From an uncultured Clostridia bacterium (GTDB lineage: Bacteria; Bacillota; DTU025; MWDF01): a stretch of 64,000 nucleotides of DNA. The stretch is taken from the NCBI GenBank assembly GCA_964577435.1, contig CAZNZD010000002.1, positions 27,642 to 91,641 of the forward strand, in the 5' to 3' direction. Shown here in pieces: positions 48,716 to 58,864 of the stretch (positions within the stretch are counted from its first letter, which is position 1; every line of letters starts with the position of its first letter). A program made the translations under genes and the position numbers. The notes beneath the pieces are model-generated. The model saw nothing but the letters and a program-made list of their open reading frames with translations, did not search any database and was not told the DNA's origin.

Positions 48716-48789
48716 AATCTAGCGGGTAAGCGCTGATTGTATGAGCTAAGCAGATGTATCATCGATCGGCTTGGGCGACGGAGGTACTA

Positions 48790-49122
48790 ATGGGAAAGAC
48801 GTTCATCATAGGATCGAGGGAGCTAGGAAAAGGGGACGACAGGCTGGGCGGCCTGCTGATGGCGAGCATGCTTAGGGTCATGGGGGATTCGGAGGATAAG
48901 CCGGAGACAATCATATTCATGAACTCCGGTGTCTATCTGCTATGTGAAGGATCGCAGGTATTGGAACATCTGAAGAGGCTGGAGGGGCAAGGGGTAGAGC
49001 TTCTTGCCTGCACGACCTGCCTTGAGTATTTCGACCTTGCCGACAAGCTAATGGCCGGCAAGCCTACGACAATGTTTAAAACGGTCGGAAAGATGATGGA
49101 GACGGAGACGGTATTCATCTGA
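48790..49122 (+). CDS. DsrE/DsrF-like (YedF C-terminal-like) sulfur-relay family protein
   Basis: 111 aa. ATG 48790 follows GGAGGT. It has a TCLEYF-type conserved Cys region. Confidence 0.5.
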   Translation: MGKTFIIGSRELGKGDDRLGGLLMASMLRVMGDSEDKPETIIFMNSGVYLLCEGSQVLEHLKRLEGQGVELLACTTCLEYFDLADKLMAGKPTTMFKTVGKMMETETVFI

Positions 49123-49576
49123 AAGTAGTCAATGAGCAATGACGCCCATCACGCATTTTCCGCCAATCGTGCCTGCACTGAAGAAGTATGCCGCCCCGGT
49201 TAAGGGGCGGCTTTCGTGGCAGGGGTTCAAGGGAGGAAACCCATGTCCCTGCCACACTCTAAGGAGGGGACCGAGGATCCTCGACTCGGTCCTTTATGAA
49301 GAGCACACCTATATAATAAGTGAATTTTTGCACTAGTGGCCATTTTATTCATGGTTGTTTTTATGTACAACTGAACCTGGCTGTATGAATGCTGAACCGC
49401 ACAAGTGCACACTCTGGTGATTAGGGCAACAGCATAAAAACACATAGTCTCAGGACGGATGGGGGTTTAGTACCATGTCCGGGCATTCAGGAATCCTGCC
49501 CGAAGAACCAGGCGGGACTTCTCTGACCGAATTAGAAGAGAGGGACTACCCCTTTGTCTTGGGTCAGTCCTTTCGG

Positions 49577-50653
49577 CTATCCTGAAGAGGAAATGAACTC
49601 CTCAAAGTTTTCGAAGCGCGCGAGCGGTCCTACCTTCTCGATTTCCGAGACGATGGCATGCTCCGCCCTGCGGCAAGCTGACGCGAAGCCCCTGAGATCG
49701 CGCCAATCGAAGCTTCCTAGCACTTCCAAGCCCAGCTGAAAAACCTCTTCATCGAGCACCCGCTGAAGGCAGACGCCGGCAATGAATGCCTTGCGGCAAT
49801 CAGGAGCGCTGCCTTCGCAGCTTCGCCAGACCTTATTAAAAGTAGAGACAGTCTCCTCATAGAAGCTGACGAGCTCTTCATGATTGATTGGCTCGCCGCC
49901 CTTTTGCAGGACTGCCGCTGCAAGAGAACCATGCTCGGGCACATCCAGGTCAACTTCGCCAAGCCTGAGGAACCCCCTGCAGCAGGAAGCCATCTTCTCA
50001 GCTGAAGCCTTCAGGCTAGCGCCGTCGGATGCCGCGACTATCCCGTCATAAGCCTCAAGCAGACCCGGAGGAAGGGCATCCATGCGGCTCAGGTCATCAA
50101 AGTGGCTTTTAAGCCCTCTTCTGAAGTAGGTCCTGTTCTCATAAGCAACCGCATCTGAAAGGCATAACAGCATCCTGCCTGCAAGCAGCCTGCATGCACC
50201 GACTTGCTGCGCTGCTCTCAGTTCGTTCAAGTAAACAATACCTTTACTATACGATGCCAATGCCCTCTCGTGCATGAAACCGGAATTCCGGAGATTGCTG
50301 TCCATCTTCTCCCTCAAGCTAAGGAATCGCTTCCCATCGTCAGGAGTCGATGCAAAGGCTATCTCGGAATCGCCCAGAAGCGGGGCCAGGGGCTCACGAA
50401 ACTCTGAGAGCCCCTCGACCCTCCCCCACCTCATCGGAAAGAGGTCAAATCCGACATTTTCTATGATGAAGGTCCTGCTGAGCCCGAATCCCCGCTCTGT
50501 TTTTGGAATGAAGAAGAAGTCGACGTCTGACAGCTCATCCGCCGTCTTGTTCACATATGAGCCGTATACGGCAAGGATGGCGACATCGTCCCTGTACTCC
50601 CTGCTCACCTTATCAACGGCCCACTCCAGCACCCTGTCGTTCCTGCTCTTCAT
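49577..50653 (-). CDS. Nucleotidyltransferase-domain protein with a roughly 250-aa C-terminal helical domain (ANT/KNTase-like)
   Basis: AVYGSYVNKTADELSDVDFFFI is a Pol-beta-type GS..D.D motif. Track ORF is 49577..50689. An internal ATG at 50653 follows GGGGGG. Confidence 0.55.
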   Translation of the reverse strand: MKSRNDRVLEWAVDKVSREYRDDVAILAVYGSYVNKTADELSDVDFFFIPKTERGFGLSRTFIIENVGFDLFPMRWGRVEGLSEFREPLAPLLGDSEIAFASTPDDGKRFLSLREKMDSNLRNSGFMHERALASYSKGIVYLNELRAAQQVGACRLLAGRMLLCLSDAVAYENRTYFRRGLKSHFDDLSRMDALPPGLLEAYDGIVAASDGASLKASAEKMASCCRGFLRLGEVDLDVPEHGSLAAAVLQKGGEPINHEELVSFYEETVSTFNKVWRSCEGSAPDCRKAFIAGVCLQRVLDEEVFQLGLEVLGSFDWRDLRGFASACRRAEHAIVSEIEKVGPLARFENFEEFISSSG

Positions 50654-50710
50654 GGACGCCCCCCGATTATTAATAGCAACCGACTGCACGGGATATTGCG
50701 CGGGCGCGGG

Positions 50711-51490
50711 TCACTGCTCCTTTGAAGCCGGCTTCTCCCTGATGTTCATGAGCTTCATGGCATATCTTATGGGAAGCGCGGGCAAGGATATCAGCACCGA
50801 GCCATCCTCGATCCTCTTGCCCCTTCTGACATAGGAGTTTATGCCTATCGTGCAGTCCTCGCCTATGTGTATGCCAGGGCCTATCCTGCAGCTTGCGCCT
50901 ATCAGCGTGCCCTTGCCGATTTCGATGTGGTCCAGCACTATCATGCCGTTTTCGAACAAGTGGCAGGTGATGTCAGTGGCACCGCCGATGACGACTCCGT
51001 CATGAAGGGTGAGCAGATATACGTCGTGCAGGCTCTTCGTGTTGATGAAGACGTCCCTTCCTATCTTGCACCCGCATATCCTGAGGAACATCTTGTAGAT
51101 TGCAGTCCCCTGGACGAACGGAAGGAACGTGTTGAGCGCCACGGTATGCAAACCGCCGTTGATCAGCCACCGAACGAAGGTGAGCGATGCCGGAGGATAC
51201 TTCCCGGGCCTCATTCCCCAGGTTATTAAGCGCTCTATCACCCCGAAGACAATCGCCGCCGCGATGAAGAAGGCATATGCGGCCGCGGGGAGGGTGAAGC
51301 AGAAAAGGATGGCCCTAGGGAAGGTGACGCCAGTCAACAGCCAGTTGACTGAGCTATATAGGATATAGAACGAAGGCAGGAGGGAAATGCCCAGCACAAC
51401 GCAGTAGAAACCGAACGTGACCAACGTTAGGGTCGTGGATATCAGTTCGCTGTGTATAATGTAGTCAAGGAACTTCCTGATTCGGCTCAC
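50711..51490 (-). CDS. Membrane-anchored hexapeptide-repeat (left-handed beta-helix) transferase
   Basis: Three N-terminal TM helices, then IGxDVFINT..IGGATDI..IEIGKGTLIGASCRIGPGIHIGEDCTIGINS hexapeptide repeats. Confidence 0.55.
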   Translation of the reverse strand: MSRIRKFLDYIIHSELISTTLTLVTFGFYCVVLGISLLPSFYILYSSVNWLLTGVTFPRAILFCFTLPAAAYAFFIAAAIVFGVIERLITWGMRPGKYPPASLTFVRWLINGGLHTVALNTFLPFVQGTAIYKMFLRICGCKIGRDVFINTKSLHDVYLLTLHDGVVIGGATDITCHLFENGMIVLDHIEIGKGTLIGASCRIGPGIHIGEDCTIGINSYVRRGKRIEDGSVLISLPALPIRYAMKLMNIREKPASKEQ

Positions 51491-51544
51491 CCCTTTTCGG
51501 GAATATTAGCTAATCTTACTATAACTGCTTGGTAAGGAGATTAC

Positions 51545-52954
51545 ATGAAGGGCAATAACCTGGCGAACAAACTTGCTTTCGGCGCCTGCGACATCTACGG
51601 CGGCGGCTCGTTCAACATCGTGAACTTCCTTTACCCCGGCTTCCTGGCTTTGACTGTTGGCCTTTCTCCCTATTGGATCAGCTTCGTGATGCTCATCGCG
51701 AGGCTTTGGGATGCAATCAGCGACCCTCTCATGGGAAACATCTCGGATGCGACCAAGAGCCGCTTCGGCAAACGGAGGGTGTATCTCATAGTCTCTTCGC
51801 CGCTGGTGCTTATCTCCTTCCTTCTCATGTTTTTTCCTTACAGCTTCGATTCTACTGCACTAAGGGTTCTTTGCGCGCTGGGCTCATACCTTCTTTTCTG
51901 CACGGTGCAGACCATGGTCATGATACCTTATGTATCCCTCTCGGCAGAGATCAGCGCCGATTACCAGGAGAGGGCGTCGTTCAACGGCTGGCGACTGGGC
52001 TTCAGCATCTTCTCCTCAATTCTATGCGTGGCGGTGCCGGGAATGGTTGTCAACGCCTTCGGCGGAAGCAAGGGCTACATCGCCATGGGGCTCATCTTCG
52101 GCACGGGGTTCGCCATCGCTGTGCTTGTTACAGGGCTCTTCGCAAGGGAGGAGATAGTATCCCCTCCTGTGAAGAACAGGGACGGCATACGAAGCTACCT
52201 GAAGCTTCTGTCGCTTAAGCCGTTTAGAAGGTACCTTGCGATGTTCCTTATGCTCAGCAGCACTATGGTGGTCATGAGCGCGCTTTACTTCTTCTTCGTA
52301 GACTTCTACGTCTACAGGGACCTTACTGCTGCCGGGCAGGGCAACATAACCAGGCTGATCTCTGCTGCGCTCATGTTCTCGATGCAGATTGTGGCCCTTC
52401 CGTTCTATACGCGGATGATCGGTCTTAAGGGAAAGCCTTATGCCTACCGCTTCGGCGCGGTGGTGTGGATAATCTGCGCGGCGCTTCTGATTCTGGTGAA
52501 GCCGGGCACGGACCCGCTTTACGTCTATGCGCTTGCGGCAATCATAGGCTTGGGGATAAGCGGCCCCGGCCTCGTCCCGCACACGATGTTCGGCGACGTG
52601 TCCGACTTCGCCGCGCTTGTCTTCGGGGAGAGGAAGGACGGGCTCATCGGCGGCTGCGTCAACTTCACCAACAAATCCGTGCAGGCGATAGTCATCTCGA
52701 TTGTGATGCTCATCATCGGCAGGTTCGGCTTCATTGAGGCAGAGCCCGGAAAGACGGTGCTGGCACAGCCTGAAAGCGCGCAGAACGCAATAAGGGCGAT
52801 CATGGTCCTTGCTCCTATGTCCTTCCTGTCTGTGGGCATATGGGTCTCCACGAAGTACAACATCAGCAGGAGGACGCAAAGGGAGATTGCGGACGCGCTA
52901 AGAAGCGGCAGCAAGGATGCCGCCGCCGCCCTTATCGCAAGGCTTCAGGCATAG
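51545..52954 (+). CDS. MFS_2 / GPH-family glycoside-pentoside-hexuronide:cation symporter
   Basis: FGACDIYGGGSFNIVNFLYP...ARLWDAISDPLMGNISDATKSRFGKRR is a GPH signature. Confidence 0.8.
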   Translation: MKGNNLANKLAFGACDIYGGGSFNIVNFLYPGFLALTVGLSPYWISFVMLIARLWDAISDPLMGNISDATKSRFGKRRVYLIVSSPLVLISFLLMFFPYSFDSTALRVLCALGSYLLFCTVQTMVMIPYVSLSAEISADYQERASFNGWRLGFSIFSSILCVAVPGMVVNAFGGSKGYIAMGLIFGTGFAIAVLVTGLFAREEIVSPPVKNRDGIRSYLKLLSLKPFRRYLAMFLMLSSTMVVMSALYFFFVDFYVYRDLTAAGQGNITRLISAALMFSMQIVALPFYTRMIGLKGKPYAYRFGAVVWIICAALLILVKPGTDPLYVYALAAIIGLGISGPGLVPHTMFGDVSDFAALVFGERKDGLIGGCVNFTNKSVQAIVISIVMLIIGRFGFIEAEPGKTVLAQPESAQNAIRAIMVLAPMSFLSVGIWVSTKYNISRRTQREIADALRSGSKDAAAALIARLQA

Positions 52955-53189
52955 CTTCTGCCAAGTCGAGCCTTTCATGGCGCGCGGCTATAATTAGATC
53001 GATGGAAGCGGTGCCAGGAGGCAGCAGAGTGTAAGTTGGAATAAAACCAATAAAAAGCCATGTTCTAAGAGGATTATGGTAATTCCTAGGCGAATCCGTG
53101 ATTAGCATGCTCTTGGCCCATCAGGGTTACTCAGTATCGCTATCCGGCATGCTACGTGATGAATGGGGATTCGGGAGGTAGGTGTGCAG

Positions 53190-53738
53190 ATGAGGGAGAG
53201 GGCTTTGGAAGTGCTCAGGCATTATAACAAGAGCGAGTCGCTGATAAAGCATGCGTTCTCTGTCGAGGCGGTGATGAGGCATTTCGCCTCGAAGGCGGGG
53301 GAGGATGTCGAATACTGGGGGGCTGTCGGGCTCCTGCACGATGTCGATTACGAGATGTTTCCCGAAGAGCACTGCAAGAAGGCCCCCGAAATCCTCAGGG
53401 AAGCGGGCTATGACGATGTCTTCATCTACTCTGTCATTAGCCATGGGCATGGCATATGTGTATACGCTGAACCCAAGCATCATATGGAAAAGGTGCTTTA
53501 CGCCGCTGACGAGCTAATAGGCCTCATAGGCGCCGCGGCGCTGATGCGCCCGTCCAGGTCGGTGTCGGACATCGAAGTGAAAAGCGTGAAGAAAAAGTTC
53601 AAGGATAAAAGCTTCGCCGCGAGCGTCAATAGGGATATCATATTAAGAGGATGCGAGGCTCTGGGTATGGAACTCGATGAGCTGATCGGGGAGTGCATAA
53701 TGGGATTGCGCCCGGTAGCCGCCGAGATCGGGCTGTAG
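53190..53738 (+). CDS. HD-domain phosphohydrolase
   Basis: HAFSV...LLHDVDYE...ISHGHG. ATG 53190 follows GGGAGG. Confidence 0.6.
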   Translation: MRERALEVLRHYNKSESLIKHAFSVEAVMRHFASKAGEDVEYWGAVGLLHDVDYEMFPEEHCKKAPEILREAGYDDVFIYSVISHGHGICVYAEPKHHMEKVLYAADELIGLIGAAALMRPSRSVSDIEVKSVKKKFKDKSFAASVNRDIILRGCEALGMELDELIGECIMGLRPVAAEIGL

Positions 53739-53836
53739 AGCGCTTATGCTGGCTAAATGATGCATCAGGCGGGAGCTCGGATGATGAGGGCAAGCAGAGG
53801 CAGCAGCTTATGTGATGACCGGACGGGGTGCTTTGA

Positions 53837-55369
53837 ATGATCGACACAAGGACCATATTCGCTTTCCAGGTCCTGATTTTCCTCGTAAGCCTCCTGATTC
53901 TGACGCAGGCATGGCTTCAGAACAGGTCAAGATATAAGGGGCTTGGATACTGGGCCCTTCTGATGTGCTTCACCAGCCTCGCGTATCTGCTAATCGCCCT
54001 TAGGGGAAGCATCTCCGACATATTCAGCATAATCCTGGGCAACATGCTGCTGCTTCTTGCAGTATCGCTTCTGGTAAGAGGGCTCAAGTTGTTCATGGGG
54101 GAGGCCGGAGTTAGCGCCGCTAACGCCTTTCTCCTTGTTTTCTCCTTGCTGGTGATTACCTATTTCACTTACGTCAGCCCGGACATAAGAATCAGGATAC
54201 TGATGGTCAACGGGGCATACCTGGTCCTATTCGGCCAGGTGATGATGATATTGCAGAGGAACAGGACGATGCGCGCAAACAATGCGATACTCCCCCTAAG
54301 GGTAAGCGTCGCAGCAATCATCATCCTGAACCTCATAAGGATAATCGGCCAGTTCATAATCCCTAGCCATTCTCAGAACCTTTTCAGCCAGAATCTGACG
54401 GACCAGATCTTCGTCGTCGCCCACACGCTCGCAGTCACATACCTTGTCATGAACCTCACGCTGCTAATCTCAGGAAGGCTGCTTGCCGAGGTGAAAGCGG
54501 AGGAGGCGAAGTTCAACAAGCTGTTCCACAATGCGCCTTACGCAGCCGCCATAACCAATGCGAAGACAGGCACGGTCATGGAGATCAACGACGAGATGCT
54601 GGAGCTTCTGGGATATAAGCTCGGCGAGGTGCGCGGCAGGGATTCCATCTCGCTCGGGGTCTGGGCAGACCCGGAGCAAAGGTCGCAAGTGATAGCGAAG
54701 CTCATGGCAGGCGGAGAAGTCGACGGGCTTGAGATCGATTTCACAGGCAGGGACGGCAAGCTTGTGCATACGCTGTTCTCTGCATCGCTTGTGAGAATTG
54801 GTGGGGAAGACCACATAATCTCCAGCATGAAGGACATAAGCGAGATAAGCAGACTCAAGATGAAGCTGGAGGAGATGGCAACGCACGATTTCCTGACGGG
54901 CCTTCCCAACAGGGCGTTTTTCTATGACAGCCTCACTAGGGCGCTCGCCCATGCGGCAAGGACCGGTGAGAGGCTTGCCGTGATGATGTTCGACATAAAC
55001 GGCTTCAAGTCAATAAACGACACCTATGGGCATGATGTCGGGGACAAGGTTCTTATCGCTGTCGCTGACAGGTTAAGAGCTTTCGTAAGGGCGGCCGACT
55101 TCGTGGCAAGGCATGGCGGCGACGAGTTCACATTGCTGGTTACGGGCGTTAAGGATGACGCTGACCTTGAGAAGGCGGGAGAAAGGCTCATCGATGCGTT
55201 CAGCGAGGATATCGCCATCGACGGCACTTCGTTTCCTATAAGGATAAGCATCGGCGTGGCGAGGTACCCTGAAAATGGAAAGGACTACGACATGCTCCTG
55301 AAGAGGGCGGACGAGGCGCTCTTCGCTGTGAAAAGGGAGGGCAAGAACTCCATGAGGTTCGCATCCTGA
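53837..55369 (+). CDS. Diguanylate cyclase with a 7TM sensor, PAS and GGDEF domains
   Basis: Seven N-terminal TM helices, a PAS core, then RHGGDEFTLL with an I-site-like RxxD. Confidence 0.8.
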   Translation: MIDTRTIFAFQVLIFLVSLLILTQAWLQNRSRYKGLGYWALLMCFTSLAYLLIALRGSISDIFSIILGNMLLLLAVSLLVRGLKLFMGEAGVSAANAFLLVFSLLVITYFTYVSPDIRIRILMVNGAYLVLFGQVMMILQRNRTMRANNAILPLRVSVAAIIILNLIRIIGQFIIPSHSQNLFSQNLTDQIFVVAHTLAVTYLVMNLTLLISGRLLAEVKAEEAKFNKLFHNAPYAAAITNAKTGTVMEINDEMLELLGYKLGEVRGRDSISLGVWADPEQRSQVIAKLMAGGEVDGLEIDFTGRDGKLVHTLFSASLVRIGGEDHIISSMKDISEISRLKMKLEEMATHDFLTGLPNRAFFYDSLTRALAHAARTGERLAVMMFDINGFKSINDTYGHDVGDKVLIAVADRLRAFVRAADFVARHGGDEFTLLVTGVKDDADLEKAGERLIDAFSEDIAIDGTSFPIRISIGVARYPENGKDYDMLLKRADEALFAVKREGKNSMRFAS

Positions 55370-55543
55370 TTCTAGGGAAATTCCAATTGCTAGGTGTTCG
55401 GCTGATATGGCGTCCACAGTGGACCGCAATAAAAAGCAGGCTGGATGGCCTGCTTTTTTGATGCATCCCTGCATATGTAGGAAGGATTTCGAGAATATTC
55501 GTATAATCAATTATTTAGAATAAGAAAGAAGGGGGCGTACGAA

Positions 55544-56197
55544 ATGAGATATCTCCGCATGCTCGTGATAATGGCGGTGCTGCTTGTGGCGGTATCCAGC
55601 TCTGGATGCAAGTTCTGGACATGGGCGTATGATTTCACGGCGCCTGAAGCCAGCCTTGAGGACTGGTATTGCAACTACGGGGGCGATTATGAACTGGATG
55701 ATGCAGGACTGGCGATGAGGCATGTGACTATCAGCACGCCGGTCTACTTCATAGGGGACTTAACAGCCACAGTCACTTTCGACCTTGATGTGGATGAAGA
55801 AAGGAACGCAAGGTTGGAAGTCGGATTATCCGAAGGCATCTTCTGGGAAGCGGTTGATGGAATGTACATCGATATGTGGTGCATCGGAAATCCGGATAGC
55901 GAAGGCTGGCTTATTGAGGAATGGGATTCTGACAACTATGTCTATTATGAGGAGCAGGGTCCTATCGGTCCGGTGATTTATGAGGGTGAGAATGTGCTGA
56001 AGCTTACCAAGTGCGGGGATTCCTACACATTCTTCCTGAATGGCGCGAAGATGTTCACGATGGTGGCGAAGTTCGCAGACCTTTCAGAGAACTTCCTGAA
56101 CATCTGGACTGGGCAGGCCGAACTTGGAAACCTAATAGTCAAGAACGTGGAAGTTAAATACGAGGAGATCTCTGAACCCTGGCCTATCCTCAACTGA
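55544..56197 (+). CDS. Hypothetical lipoprotein
   Basis: MRYLRMLVIMAVLLVAVSSSGC has a lipobox. The 217-aa acidic product is likely beta-sandwich. Confidence 0.45.
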   Translation: MRYLRMLVIMAVLLVAVSSSGCKFWTWAYDFTAPEASLEDWYCNYGGDYELDDAGLAMRHVTISTPVYFIGDLTATVTFDLDVDEERNARLEVGLSEGIFWEAVDGMYIDMWCIGNPDSEGWLIEEWDSDNYVYYEEQGPIGPVIYEGENVLKLTKCGDSYTFFLNGAKMFTMVAKFADLSENFLNIWTGQAELGNLIVKNVEVKYEEISEPWPILN

Positions 56198-56368
56198 GAA
56201 GAATGAGAAGGCAGAACACCCCCTGCTTCGTTTCTGGGGGTGTTCTCTTTTGCAGTTCAGGCGCCGGAACAGACCTTGAGAATGCCCGAGAAAGGTTTAT
56301 TATCGAAGTAAAGGACACGCTAACCGGCTTGTTTGGATGTTATTTCCTGCATTCTAGGAGGGATGATC

Positions 56369-57856
56369 ATGAGCCGTCTAGTAAGAATCGCTGCAGTTGC
56401 GATGATAATCTGCATGGCAACAATATCATCGGCCCAATCCTTCGCCATCAGCCAACCGGTTTACTTCGGCGTCAAGCACTATACGGGAGATTACTTCGTG
56501 TTCACCGCAAGCATGCCCGATGACTTCAGGACGCTGTATGAAGGGTGGACCGCAGGCGTGCTGACCGTGAAGCTTCAGATCGACTACAGGCTGGGTGACG
56601 GCGGATGGCACTACAAACCTGAATGGGACGCTGCGAAGTTCGGCCTTCTTAACAGCATCTCCGGCTCTTTCGTTCGCGGTCAGTCCTATGTGGCATCAAG
56701 TAGGGCGAGCCTGTCTGCGATGTTTCCGGAGGATACTGCGCTTCTTGCCGGTATAAAGGCTTCAGGCTGGGACTTCCCGGACGTGCCGCTTACCTTCCGC
56801 ACACGTTTCGTAACGACACTGGACGGCGGCAAAACATACGAATACTCCGATTGGTCGGAGGAGTACACTTACTCGAAGGGCGTGAGCCTTGACCCAGACG
56901 CGTTAATCGACCATAAGCCGGCGCTAGTCGCCGCGACGGTGGAGAAGAACACGGCAGGGCAGCCGTCTCTTAAGGTCACTACAGACCGGATACCAGGCGA
57001 AGTCCAGCTCCTCAATGCAATGGCAGGCGATGGCATGATGACGGAGATCTGGATGAGGAAAGCAGGAGAAAACGACTTCAAGCTAGTGAACAGCTCATTT
57101 CTTAGAGTGGAGTACATACTCATAGGCGTAAACGACTACTTTGACAAGAACCTCCCGAGCTATGAGGCCGAAAGCTACGAGATAAAGATAAGATACGTGC
57201 TAAACAACCTTAGCAAGTACCCACAGACCGGGCGCTCCGATACCATCTACAGCCCTTTCTCGGACGTCTTCTCGCATAACATGCCGGCTTGGACGAATGC
57301 GTCGAAGTGGGCTGCGACCGAGCTGGAGGAGGCGGACGGCCTTGAGCTTATACCGGAGATACTGAAGGGCAAGGACCTCACAAAGCCGATCACCAGGGAG
57401 GAGTTCGCAGAGCTTGCAGTCCTGCTGTTCGAGAAGACCACAGGAGTCGCAAGCACCCCTATCGAACCCAATCCCTTCACTGACACAATGAACCCACAGA
57501 TACTGAAGGCGGCCAACCTCGGAATAACGAAGGGGACGTCTCCAACGGAGTTCTCGCCGCTCGTGCTCATAAACAGGGAGCAGTGCGCGACCATGCTCTT
57601 CAGGGCCCTTAAGGCGATGAGGCCGGAGGGAGACTACAGCATAGAGGGCGTCAAGGACTTCGCCGACCAGGCGGACATCTCAGGCTTTGCCTTCGAAGCC
57701 ACGAAGTTCATGTCCAAGATCGGAATCATACTTGGGGATAAGCAGGGAAGATTCATGCCGCGAGCTACTACGGATGCGCAGAAAGCCACAGGATACGGCA
57801 TGGCGACCCGCGAACAGGCGATCGCCATGTCCCTCAGGATCTGCAAGAGCAAATAG
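56369..57856 (+). CDS. Secreted cell-surface protein with three C-terminal SLH (S-layer homology) repeats
   Basis: The signal peptide is followed by a roughly 330-aa unknown domain. The SLH motifs ITREEFAELAVLLF, FSPLVLINREQCATMLFRAL and FMPRATTDAQKATGYGMATREQAIAM follow. ATG 56369 after AGGAGGG. Confidence 0.65.
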   Translation: MSRLVRIAAVAMIICMATISSAQSFAISQPVYFGVKHYTGDYFVFTASMPDDFRTLYEGWTAGVLTVKLQIDYRLGDGGWHYKPEWDAAKFGLLNSISGSFVRGQSYVASSRASLSAMFPEDTALLAGIKASGWDFPDVPLTFRTRFVTTLDGGKTYEYSDWSEEYTYSKGVSLDPDALIDHKPALVAATVEKNTAGQPSLKVTTDRIPGEVQLLNAMAGDGMMTEIWMRKAGENDFKLVNSSFLRVEYILIGVNDYFDKNLPSYEAESYEIKIRYVLNNLSKYPQTGRSDTIYSPFSDVFSHNMPAWTNASKWAATELEEADGLELIPEILKGKDLTKPITREEFAELAVLLFEKTTGVASTPIEPNPFTDTMNPQILKAANLGITKGTSPTEFSPLVLINREQCATMLFRALKAMRPEGDYSIEGVKDFADQADISGFAFEATKFMSKIGIILGDKQGRFMPRATTDAQKATGYGMATREQAIAMSLRICKSK

Positions 57857-57924
57857 AGAGTAGCCGAACCTGCAAGGCGGCCCCCTTCCTTCCGGGAGAG
57901 GGCCGTCTTATCGTTTGGCGACAA

Positions 57925-58791
57925 TCAGATTGATAGCGTGCTCCCGGTCGCAAGGTAACCTATCCTGTCTCCCATAATCACCTTCAGGAGGTCATATGCC
58001 TCCAAACCGGTGCAATGGCAGGTGAAGAAGGCTGCATTCGTATCAAGTAGATATGAGGCGACAGACTCCACGAATCCGGGGTCCTCGCTTATTCCGGCCG
58101 TCTTATTGTACATATGGAAACCGCCGATAACATAATCGGGGAAGCGCCCGTATGTCCTTCTGAACTTCTCCATTATGTTGACGATGCCGTTGTGGGCGCA
58201 GCCTGCCAGAAGAACTGATTTGCCCCCCTCTTTGACCATGAGGTTCTGCTCGTGCCCGAAGTCGTCTTCCACTAACTGCCCGCCCCGTTCCATGAGAAGG
58301 TCGCAGTTGCCGGAAGGCCTGAATGAGCATCCGCCCGATTCAGCCATTATCTCAATCCTGTCGTCGATTCTGACGCTTCCCTGGACTGTGATTACCCTGC
58401 CCTCGTCAAGTAGGCTCGAGTCCAGCCCTATGAAGGCCTTAGTGCCTCCGCCCCTTCTTGCGAAATGAGGCTCGAAGGCCTTGCTGTTGATATAGACCTT
58501 TGCCCTGTAGTTCATTTGGAGGAACACTTTGAGCCCGCCTCCATGGTCGGAGTGACCGTGCGATACGAAGGCTGTATCGACTGCGGCAAGGTCCACGCCC
58601 ATCTTGAAGGCATTCTCGGCGAAGAGCCCGTCGGCTCCCATATCGAACAGGATGCTGCGCCCATCCGTCTCGACGAGGAGGCTTAGGCCGTGCTGGCAGC
58701 CCAAGCTGCTGTCCAGAGTCGTGTTTTCCGCAAGGGTCCTGATGATCACCTTAAACCCTCCTAAAAGCCAAGTGAAGAGCATCTGGGACAA
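57925..58791 (-). CDS. MBL-fold metallo-hydrolase
   Basis: HGHSDHGGG motif. It resembles the MptB-like MBL proteins found in anaerobes. Confidence 0.6.
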   Translation of the reverse strand: MSQMLFTWLLGGFKVIIRTLAENTTLDSSLGCQHGLSLLVETDGRSILFDMGADGLFAENAFKMGVDLAAVDTAFVSHGHSDHGGGLKVFLQMNYRAKVYINSKAFEPHFARRGGGTKAFIGLDSSLLDEGRVITVQGSVRIDDRIEIMAESGGCSFRPSGNCDLLMERGGQLVEDDFGHEQNLMVKEGGKSVLLAGCAHNGIVNIMEKFRRTYGRFPDYVIGGFHMYNKTAGISEDPGFVESVASYLLDTNAAFFTCHCTGLEAYDLLKVIMGDRIGYLATGSTLSI

Positions 58792-58864
58792 GTATAAGGC
58801 AGGTTGGCTGCTTGGGCAAAGGAAGAAGGTGCGGGTCGCCCCGCACCTTCCAAGCGCAACCTGA

